This document shows, one piece after another, positions 12,001-24,000 of a stretch of 35,346 nucleotides of DNA. Positions within the stretch are counted from its first letter, which is position 1. Each line of letters opens with the position of its first letter. This DNA comes from Stramenopiles sp. TOSAG23-6 (taxonomy: Eukaryota), in contig LT635945.1 of the NCBI GenBank assembly GCA_900128565.1, positions 1-35,346 of the forward strand. The letters run 5' to 3'. The position numbers were made by a program, and so were the translations under genes. Under the pieces are notes generated by a model. The model had not been told where the DNA came from. It worked only from the letters and a program-made list of their open reading frames with translations, and made no database searches.

Positions 12001-15000
12001 TTGCGTGAATGGGTCAACAATTCCCCATCTTGGATCATGTAAAATAACTTGTCAAGAAGGGTATAAAGTAACTGGAAATCAACCATCATGTGAAGCAGGA
12101 AAATTCTCAATCGGATCTATCACGTGCGAGCCTAAAAACTGTACTGTGGTAGGAGTTAAGCAACCTATACATAGTGAAAAACTTCCAAAGGCTTGCATGA
12201 AAGGCGCATCTCTTGCTCACGGTTCTACAAATTGTAAAATTACATGTGCTAAAGGATACACAGTAAAAGGCTTACAACCATCGTGCAAAACTGGTATTTT
12301 TGATCCTGGTTGGGTACAATGTGAGCCCAGCTCATGTGAAATATACGAATCGAGGTATCTTGGTTGTTATGTTGATAAGGGTCAGCGAGATCTCAAATAT
12401 TGGGCGAAAGATTCAAACAATAGAAAAATGTCGCGAGCAAATAGAGAAACTTGTGTAGAAGCTTGCAGAAAATTAGGTTATAAGTATGCCGGGACACAGT
12501 GGTATGGTCAATGCTTCTGTGATAATAATTATGGAGACTACGGAAAGAAAGATGACAAGGAGTGTAAGACACCTTGTAGTGCTGGACCAAAGGGGGAAAT
12601 GTGCGGAGGTGGATGGCGTAACTCTGTATACTCTATAGGTACTTTAGTGAAGCCAGCTAATGCTGCGGACATACCGGATAGATGTACACCAGGTTCCATT
12701 ATTGGTCACGGGGAGACGTGTAAATTGACATGCCTTGCTGACTTTGCATTGACAGGGAAACAACCAACTTGTATCCTAGGCGAGTTACAATCTGGTAGCA
12801 TTTCATGTGTCGCACGCACCGACAAAGACTGCAAAATTGCTAGTGAGATACCTGTCCCGGCAAATGGTAAAATTAGCCCATCATGTAAACTTGGATCTTC
12901 ACTGAAACACCTTCAACAATGTAATTACACATGTAATGATGGATATGTATTCAAAGGCGACCATCCTAGATGCAATAATAGCAAAATTGATTTTGGAAAC
13001 TCAAGTACAATAAAAATGAAAACGCCAAATAGGTACAACTATCAGAAGGTCAATAGCATTGAAGGTATGACAAATTTGAAATTTTCGGTCATAGCAAAAA
13101 ATGACGCCCATATTGCATTAAGTGAAAAAGACACACATAATAGCCCAAAGTATGAAATCGTTATCGGGGGCTGGGGAGGGTCAAAATCTGTAATACGAAC
13201 AAGAAATCAGGGTGGGCAAGTAAGTCAAAGTCACGCCAAGCCATTTTTGGATAAAAACAGCGCGAAAGATTTTTGGATATCATGGGATAATGGCGAATTA
13301 AAAGTTGGACGTGGTTCTACGTTAGGCACTGGTACATTTATGTCTGCTAACTTGGATATCAAAAAAGAAATTAAATTTGTGCTTGTAGCTACTGGATGGG
13401 GAGCAACAGGTACCTGGAATTTCAATTTTGCTTCTTCAAAATGTCTACCCACTGGATGTTTTAGCATGGGAATTGATAAAACTACCAAGAATGCTTTAGA
13501 TATTCCAGGTGAATGTGCTGCAGGGTCATGGTTACCTAATGGCACTAAGTGTGACATTAAGTGCAAATACGGTTATACTGCTTCGGGTACGATGCCTTAT
13601 TGTGAGGCAGGTTTATTTAATATTGGATCGTTTAGTTGTGAACCAGAAGACTGTATTGTAACATCTTTAAAGAAACCAAAGAATGGCGCAGAGTTATCAA
13701 AAAGCTGTCGTAGTGGCGCATTATTTAGACATGGTTCTTCTGATTGCAAAATTACATGTGCTGATGGATATACCATTGTTGGCGAACAACCATCATGTAA
13801 TGCAGGTAAATTTTATCAGGGGTGGGTAAAATGTGAGCCCAGCCCATGCGAAATACAGGAATCAAAATATCTTGGGTGTTATGTTGATAAGGGTCAGCGA
13901 GATCTCAAATATTGGGCGAAAGATTCAAAGAATAGAAACATGTCGCAAGCAAATAGAGAAACTTGTGTAGAAGCTTGCAGAAAATTAGGTTATAAGTATG
14001 CCGGGACACAGTGGTATGGTCAATGCTTCTGTGATAATAATTATGGAGACTACGGAAAGAAAGATGACAAGGAATGTAAGACACCTTGTAGAGCTGGACC
14101 TAAAGGGGAAATGTGCGGAGGTGGATGGCGTAACTCTGTATACTCTATAGCTTCTTTAGAGAAGCCAACAAATGGATCTGAAATTCCTATCGCATGCGCT
14201 TCAGGCGCACAAATCTCTCACGGGGAAAATTGTGGATTGACTTGTAATCCAGGGTATATTCTGACTGGTGTTCAACCATCATGTTCTTTTGGAGTTTTTG
14301 ATATAGGCTCGATTGTATGTGAAAAGGTGATTGCACAGAAGGTTTGTAAAGTACCCGATCCATCTACAAGTATTATCGACATTCCAAATGGAAAATTATT
14401 TGGAGCTTGTGCTGAAAAAGGAGCAGATATTCCATTAGATGAAACTTGTAAGTTCAAGTGTGCTGATGGATACTCTGTTTCTGGTGACGCTCCAGCATGC
14501 AAAGAAACAAGTAGTGGGGTATACAAATTTGTCCTCTCGGGTACTCTCCAGTGTAAACCAAATAACTGCATAGTTGAAGGGTTGGATACCCCACAAAATG
14601 GAAAGATCCCTGGTTATTGTGCAGAGGGAATGACTCTAGAACATGATAAAGTATGTAGACTAGCCTGTTCTTATGGATATAAAATATCAGGAAATCAACC
14701 AAAGTGTTTTGCAGGAGTTTTCAATCCAGGTAGTATAACATGCGAACCNAAGGATTGTGTTGTCTCATCGATGGTAAGCACTACAGTAATGCCANTCGCA
14801 ACTGTTTCAAGCTCAAGCGGTTCATTATTTTCTCCATTTCATCCTGGAATTCNTCGGCCNATTATTGATATAAAGTGTGAAACTGGCCGCATCCTCTCTC
14901 ATAGCAGCAGTTGCCATCTTACTTGTCCTGAAGGAACGACTATTTCCGGTGAACAACCTTCGTGCTATGCTGGCACTTTTAATCCTGGGTGGATACAGTG

Positions 15001-18000
15001 TTCACCAGATGACTGTGAAATCACAGCAAACTTCAATAAAGATGTCAATGTAATTGTTCCAAGCTCGTGTAAACCTTCATTTTGTGGAACAACTGGTGTT
15101 GCTTGTTATGAAGGAACCCGTGTGATCGCTCTATGGCCTAAATATGCTGGAAATGTNGACAATCCATGGTTTGCAGCAACAGTAAGTCGTGTACATGTGA
15201 AAAATTCAGTGACAACATTTGACATTCAATACGCTGATGGAGATTTTGCTCGAGGTGTGTCATCTTCAAATGTCATTTTATGCCCTGATCGCGATGATAA
15301 TTGGGGAAAAGGAAGTATGCGGGGTAATAACTTANGACCGGAAGGGTGTGGGAATGTTCTCCAACATAATGACAAATGTAGTTTGGNGTGTAAATCAGGA
15401 TATGCAATATCTGGAGAGCAACCATCTTGTAACTCAGGCAAATTTGATGTTGGGAGTATTTCATGTAAGATAATTGACAAGTCTTGTACGATCGACGAAA
15501 CAAAACTCTCAATTCCTCAAAATGGATTTGTAGGCGCGACATGTAAAACAGGTGTATCGCTGAAGGATGGTGCATCATGTGATTTAGGGTGCAATGAAGG
15601 GTACTATATTAAGGGAACTCAGCCGNTGTGTACAAATAAAGTACTGAGCCTTGGCACTCTTATGTGTGCACCTAAGACATGCATTGTACAAGGCATAAAG
15701 CAACCGAAATTTGGTCTGGTAATTCCTGGTGGATGTAAAAACGGGTCTCAGCTTCAAAGTGGACAGTACTGTGAATTATCATGTTTAAAAGGCTATAACA
15801 TTTCTGGAAAGCAACCGTCTTGTTCGGCAGGCAATTTTGACATGGGAACTATATCATGTAGTCCTAGTGATTGTACAGTTCACGGGATGCCTTATGATAG
15901 CACTAATAACACCACAATTCCGATGTTCGTTGGGGGTATATCAACTGCCAGCATATTTGAATGTAAAAATGGATCTCGGATTGGACATGGTGAAACTTGT
16001 AAATTATNGTGTCCTGAAGGATATTCGTTTCATGGTAAGCATGCATATTGTAATGCTGGTGTTTTTGATCCTGGTTATACAATGTGTGAACCTAATGATT
16101 GTGAGCTTACAACTGAGCTTCTTCAAGAAGCCGTTACTTACGTTGAAAAGGATAAAAATATAGTTATCCCGGATTCATGCATGCCTAAATTCTGTGGAAC
16201 TAGTGGTATACACTGTGATAAAGGTACAAATGTCATTGCGCGGTGGCCTGAGTATGCTGGCCAAAAAGATAATCCTTGGTTTGCAGGTAAAATAAGCAAA
16301 CGTATAGTAGATAACAACAATGTAACTTTTGATATTTCATATGCTGATGGTGATGTAGCCTTTAATGTGAACTCATTTGCAATTATTTACTGTCCTCACC
16401 GCGACGAAGATTGGGGAAAAGGAAGTAAACGTGGAAATGATGTTAAACCACAAGGATGTGGTGTGGCCCTTCCTCATAATGGTTCATGCCAGTTTACCTG
16501 TAAGTCAAACTTTGCTATTTCTGGTAAGCAGCCCTCATGTTATGCTGGAAAATTCAATATTGGGAGTATTGCGTGTAATACAATTAACAACTCATGCAAG
16601 ATTGATTCAACAAANGTGACAATCCCTCAGAATGGCTTTGCTGGTGCAACATGTGCGATGGGTTCATCCCTAATGAATGGCGCGTCATGTGAAATGGGTT
16701 GTAATGAAGGATATTATGCTCTGGGTAAACAACCATCTTGTAAAAATACAGTTCTCAATCCTGGTTCGCTGCTATGTGTACCTAAACCGTGTACTATTCA
16801 TGGGGTTTATACAGTAGAAAATGGCGCGCCTATTCCAGGAGCATGTACAAATGGTTTAATGCTTGAGAATGGAAAGTCTTGTAATTTATCCTGTGATGAC
16901 GGTTATACAGTAACTGGTAGACAACCCTCGTGTTCATCAGGAGTATTTGATGAAGGAACTATTTCATGTTCACCGAAGGACTGTCTTGTAATGACTGGGG
17001 CCTCATTCAGTGGCTCAATTCCTTCAACCGCAATGACGGCTGCTGGTATAGAGACAAAGTATTCATCTAACTGCAAAAATGGCGCAACCATATCACATGG
17101 ATCCGAGTGCGATGTGACATGTCCTAATGGATCATCGGCAATGGGCAGAAANCCTTCATGTTTTGCAGGCAAATTTGATCCAGGATTTGCGTTTTGCAAT
17201 CCCGACCCTTGNTTTTTTCCAACATCAATATCAACGTCGAATCGTTATTTATATAAACCAGTTGGTGAAATAGTTGGAATAAACAGCATCGTTTTTTCTG
17301 TAAAGGCTAATAATGATGCACACATTGCTCTCAGTGAATATCCCGATCACAATAGCCCAAAGTACGAAATTGTCATTGGTGGTTGGGGTGGTACGAAATC
17401 TGTAATGCGAACACGAAACCAGGGTCGAAATGAAGCCTTCAGTACGGCCAAACCGTTTTTGGATAAAGATAACTCAAAAGACTTTTGGATATCATGGAGT
17501 AATGGTGCTTTAAAGGTAGGCAAAGGAGCCGTGGTAGGTAATGGAGTATTTATGGAGATGAAGCTCCAAGATAATAAGTTTATAAATCACATGATGGTTT
17601 CCACAGGGTGGGGTTCTGTAGGTGNGTGGAAGATTGGTAAGCTCTTCAAACAATATTCCGAAACGGTAACNTACACCCCAAACTGCAAACCCGGACATGT
17701 ATTATATGATGATGATAGATGCGATGTTACTTTGAACTGTGGTGTCGGAAAAATGATGATAGGTAACCAGCCAAAGTGTAATTCTGGAGTATTTAATGAG
17801 GGAACTTTATCATGTGTAGCAAAGCCAGCAAGTGACAAAGGGTGTCAGATCCCAGTTACTGGATTGGTTCCACCTGTAAACGGCTACATTGGGTCAAATT
17901 GCTCACCTTCCTCTATTCTTCGACCTGGTGACACGTGTTTGATGGGGTGTAATGATGGTTATAAATTAGAAGGAGTATTTCCAAAATGTGAAAGTGCNGG

Positions 18001-21000
18001 AAATATGATCGGCTTGGGATGCGCAGCTTCAAGTATAATAAATACTAACCTTTATTATAGTTACAAGTATGCGACACGTTTATCAGATATAGATAGTATT
18101 CGTTTTTCTGTGCGGGCAAAAAATGATGCACATATTGCTCTCAGTGAATATTCCGATCACAACAGTTCGAAGTATGAGATTGTCATTGGCGGTTGGGGTG
18201 GTACAAAATCTGTAATTCGAACACGAAATCAAGGTTCAAATGAGGTCACTAGCATGGCCAACCCATTTTTAGACAAAGATAACTCAAAAGACTTTTGGAT
18301 ATCATGGAAAAATGGTAAGTTAGAGGTAGGCAAAGGAAAAGATGTTGGCAATGGAGCATTTATGACTATTCCGTTGGACCCATATAAAGAAATAAATTAT
18401 ATGATGGTTTCAACTGGGTGGGGATCTACTGGTGAATGGTCAATTTGTGAATCGCAGATTTCATGTGTACCCAATTTTTGTGTTATATCTGGTATGCCTG
18501 CTGACACCACTTCAAACACAAGTACTTTTTCATTTGAAAATAATTTTTATGAAGATGATATCTCTATGGATTCATATGGCGGATCCTTCTCAATGAGCGA
18601 TGATCAATCANATTCTATGGATTTAGCTACTGGTGGAACTTCATTTTCTTATGAAAGTTCTTTTAACTCTCATTATATCGAAGGAATACCATTACCAGGT
18701 ACATGTATAAATGGAATGCAGCTTCAACATGGAGAATCTTGTCGCCAGTCTTGCGAAAATGGATACTCTATTATGGGCGAACAGCCGCATTGTGACGCAG
18801 GGATGTTTATGATGGGTTCTACCTTTTGTAAACCCAATCGATGCACTGTTAGTGTGTCGTCGTTGAACAATACATCTGTAGGATTATTGGGATCATACAT
18901 ACATCCGAATAATTCAACATATGATTTTTCAATGAGTCATTCTTTCGATTCTACATATTCAAGTGGGTATGAAGAGAAGGATAGCGCCTCNATATTTCAA
19001 AATATGAGTACTGCGAATAATATGTTTATGGGTACAATGCAAGAAATAATGCGAAATTACACAAACGAACGCCCATGTGATGTAGGTGCATCAATGAATG
19101 ATGGAGAATGGTGTGATACAAAATGTGAGCCTGGGTACTATGTTTCTGGAATACCTTCATCTTGTTCTCGTGGATTATTTACCGAAGGTTCTGCAACGTG
19201 TTTACCTTTAGGTTGCTATGTTCCACCTGATACACAAATTCCTGAGGGAAGTGAATATTTACCAACAATATATAATACCACAAACACAGATTATGATACA
19301 TGTATGGTAGGTAATTATATTGAACATGGAAAATCATGCTCACTAAAATGTAAGAATAACTACGCAATTTCTGGTATACAACCATCATGTAATGCTGGAG
19401 TCTTTGACTTTGGCACTATTACGTGTACACCACCATGCAATGGTGGCGTTTGCTCGGGTGACTGCAAAATAATAAGTTCTAAAGTCCCTGTAAATTCAGA
19501 AGTTGATCCAACATGTCTTGCAGGTTCCATAATAGCGAATGGATCATCTTGTTCATTTACTTGTAAACCTGGATATATTATATCTGGTACCCAACCGAAA
19601 TGCAAAGATGGTAAATATTCTGCTGGGACACTAAAATGCAATCCAATGTCGTGTGTGGTACAGGGTCTTACCAAACCATTGTTTGGACTAGACTTACCTG
19701 GAACATGTGTCAATGGTAAAACAATAGAACACGGATCTGTGTGTAATATACGATGTAGAAATGGATACAAGATTTCTGGTAAGATGCCATCATGCAGTTT
19801 TGGTAGATTCTTACAAGGTTCATTTACATGTGAACCTGAAGATTGTGTTGTAATAGGGCTAAAAGAACCCACAAACTCTGTTGCTAGGTGGATACAATAT
19901 GGAACAAGTGCTTCCGATATATATAATATACGTACCTTTGGTGATGATTCGACTGGTGTTCAAATAGAAAAAAAAACTGATGAATGTTATACAGGGGCAC
20001 GTCTAGGCCATGGCTTACAATGTTCGCTACAGTGCAGCGCGGGATACTCCCCATTTGGCGAACCTGCTCGATGTTTCGCTGGAAAATTTAGCAAAGGGTC
20101 ACGTTATTGTAGTCCTAACGATTGTATAGTACCGGCAGATTTCTTCCAAAGTAAACCAACAGGAATGAATCCTCTAACTAGTGAATGTACTCCTGGGGTC
20201 TCCATTTTAGCACACGGTGAATCTTGTACTTTAAGTTGTGCAGCTACATACACATTTTCAGGAACACAACCTTCGTGTTCATTGGGGACGTTTGTACCTG
20301 GAAATGGACAATGTACAAGTAATAGTAGTATTACTGGTTGTACAATTGGGTCCAACGGTTTGACACCTCCGAGTAATGGATATATCGGAAAATCATGCGC
20401 AGCAAATGCAAAGATTNCACATGACAAATCATGCAATGTATATTGTAATTATGGTTATTCTGTAAGTGGCACAATGCCAAAGTGTGATAAAAACACATCT
20501 AGTATGACAAATCCAACCATAACATGTATTCCAAATCAATGTACAGTCTCGGTTTTTAAGCTTCCAACAAATGCCATTTCCGTTGCTTCAATGTGTCATC
20601 CTGGTATGACGATGCAGCATGACTCATCTTGTGATATAAATTGTAAGGATGGTTATGATGCAGTTGGAAGTCAACCGAAATGTTCTGCAGGAATATTTAC
20701 CCCCGGAAGTATTCAGTGTGTCCCTAAGAAATGTTCTATATTTGATATAAAACTTCCNAAGAATGCGAATGATTTACCCGAGAACTGTGTACCCGGTATA
20801 ACTGTTGATCACAATTTTGAGTGTAATATAAGTTGCCGGGAAGGATACAAGGTAAAAGGTAAGCAACCTTTCTGTAAAGCAGGGAAGTTTTTTACTGGAA
20901 GTATTTCATGCGAACCAGACGAATGTAGGTTGGCAGCTTCAAAGTATTTAGGTTGTTATAAGGATAATAGTGATAGAGATTTAGTGCAGCGCCCAAAAAA

Positions 21001-24000
21001 TGCATTGGGTACTGTATATTATCCCATGAACAGAGAGACATGTGTTAATGTGTGTCGAGATAAGGGTTATAAGTATGCCGGAACACAATGGTATGGTGAA
21101 TGTTGGTGCGACAATACAATTGGTAAATATGGCAAGATTGGCGAAGAAATGTGTAATACACCTTGTAAAATTGACAGCACAAAATCTGAAATATGTGGAG
21201 GTGGATGGGCAAATTCAGTATATGAAATTCTTCCTAGTGTTGTAACTATACCTCAAAATGCTAAGCCAGTACCAGATTCTTGTAACGTTGGTTCAATACT
21301 ACAACATGGGGAGGAATGTAAAATAGAATGCGAAGATGGTTATGCTTTATCAGGCACTCATCCTGTTTGTTTTGCAGGACAACTAAAATTTGGCACTATT
21401 ACTTGTACACAAATTGAAAATTCAAAGGACTGCAAAATCCCGGAAATACTACCTGAAAAAGCCCCTGTCAGTATCATAAATTACGAGTTCGACAATAATT
21501 TAATTGATTCCGGTTTAATGAATATGAATCTAAAGGTCGAAGAGGGTAGTGTAAGCTACAANAATGGAGGTTTATATCTAGATGGATCAACCCGGCTTTC
21601 ATCTGAAGCCATGGTACCATACACGTTGGTTGAAAAAAGCATTGAAGCTTGGATTCAGCTNGATGCAGTAGGTGGCCAAAGTGGCTCATCTCCCCTTGCT
21701 ATCATGACTGCTGGATCGCAATTAGAATTTGATGCTATTGTCTGGGGTGATTCACAGCTAAATACTTGGATGGCTGGTAGTCAAGGTAATTTACGNACAA
21801 AAGGGATTTGTGCGTCTCCTGGTGCTTCGTGTTCTATTTCTGAAACTAGCACGAGTGTGGCAAATCCTGTACATATTGTTATTGTTTATCCTTCTGATCG
21901 AGTAAAAAGTACTGGATCAGGAGTTAAAGCCGATGGGTCGGCTGATGTAATTACAGAGGTTTCTATCTACCGAAATGGTATTTTTGCTGGAACGTATACA
22001 ACAGATGCTCCATTCTTGGAATACACTGAAGCTAGTCTATGGCACACAAGTCTTGGTACAAACTTTAAAAGCGGTGCACCTGTTGCATCATGNGCAAATT
22101 CAAGTTGTTTTAAAGGGGTAATTTTTCGAGCTGCTATCTATGATACAGCATTGACAACAGAAAATGTGAAATTACTTTATCATCAGGGTCGCGATTACTA
22201 TGCAGCGAAGTTCTATATGCCAAAAAATGCGAAAATTGATACAAATAAATGTAAAGTTGGAAGTACTATCAAACACGGAGAACGATGCCCAGTAAAATGT
22301 AGCAATGGCTTCTCTGTAATAGCACCTATAGTCGTGACAAATAGTATCAAACATGATATACAGTTTACGTGGGCGGTTGAAGAAGACGCTTGGATTGATC
22401 GATCATACATATGGAATAACCTCGGTTCATTTTCTCCTCGCAATTTTGATATACACGTAATGACAAGTGTAGATAATCGAGGAGCATATTATTCCTTAAA
22501 TTGTGATGATGCAGGCGGGTGTGAGATATGGATTATCACAGAAGCGACAGATAAGAATGTTGAAAGATCATGGGGTGGTGAATGGGCTCATGTTGAAGCA
22601 TCAAATGCTGGGAATACGCCATGTGGTGGCATAAAAGCAACTGCAAATGGTCACTTTATGCAATACTCTTATGGGAGTAAATTTGAAAATTTAACCAATA
22701 CCTTGTGTAAAGATGGTGTGTGTAATTATGATGAATGTTACTACCAGAAAATTTATCCCGGGTTGAATGCGATTATACCGTCATCAGCTGGTGGCCTTAA
22801 CAAAGGTGGCAAACTCGAAATATTTATCCGCTCAGGAATTACTTCGACTTGTATGAATGGTAAAATCAGCCGATCTCTTCTTGAATGTGCTCCTGCTTCA
22901 TGCATTGTGAAAAGTCTTCAAAAACTTAAACACGGAATATCACTTCCAGGAAAATGTGTAAATGGTGAAATATTGGAATCTGGAGAATCATGTAAGCTAA
23001 GTTGTAATGAAGGGTACGAGGCAACTGGAACACAGCCATCTTGTAATAATGGTATCTTTTCAACTGGATCGATTACATGCGAGCCGATGGAGTGCATTGT
23101 AAATGATATGTTTAAACCGACAAATGCAGAAAATCTCCCAACTGAATGTACGAATGGTTCTATTTTAAATCATGGATCGGAATGTATTATTTTATGTCGA
23201 GAAGGATATAGCGCAATAGGCAAACAGCCATCATGTTTTGCTGGTGTGTTTGACACTGGTTGGGTAATTTGTGAACCAGATCCATGTGTAATTGACAACT
23301 CCAATTACATTGGATGTTTCCGTGACACAGGTGTCCGAGATTTGTCTGTGGTGGCCAAGGATGGCAATGGTGTGCGGTTATTAAACTCAAATAAAAAAAC
23401 GTGTGTTAAAGCATGTCTAGATGCTGGTTTTAAATACGCCGGGACACAGTGGCATGGAGAATGCTGGTGTGATAATAGTTATGGGGAATTTGGGCAAGTA
23501 AAAGATGAGGAGTGCAATACGCCTTGTAAGAATGGCCCTACAGGAGAGATGTGTGGAGGTGGGTGGCGTAATTCTGTATATGAAGTTTCTGCTATCACTG
23601 CACCAGCTAATGCGGAACCACTATCATCCGATTGTACTGTAGGCGCAACTTTAAAACATGGCGAAATATGTAAGATGAAGTGCAAGGCGGGGTTTTCAAT
23701 TTCTGGTTCGCATCCTAGATGTCTAGCAGGTAAAATTGAACCAGGTACTATTACATGTGCACAAGGCCAAAGCTCGGACTGTACACTAACTTCATCACCA
23801 ATTCCATCGACTCAATTGAATAATGCAATCTCAACTTGTGATAGCAATATGAAACTTGCGGATAATGGAAAATGTTGGATATTTTGCAAGCCTGGCTATC
23901 ATCATAAGACAGATTCAATTGCTACAGCATACTCGTTGGTTGGTGCAGGGTGTTGTGCTGGTAGTGCCTCACAGGACTTTCAAGAAATAGTAGACATAAA

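Noticed and set aside
13010-18448. Juvenile-hormone pathway methyltransferase function
   Set aside because: The domains are in a disulfide-rich ectodomain and show no recognisable Rossmann SAM-binding motif; the family name alone is not evidence of activity.
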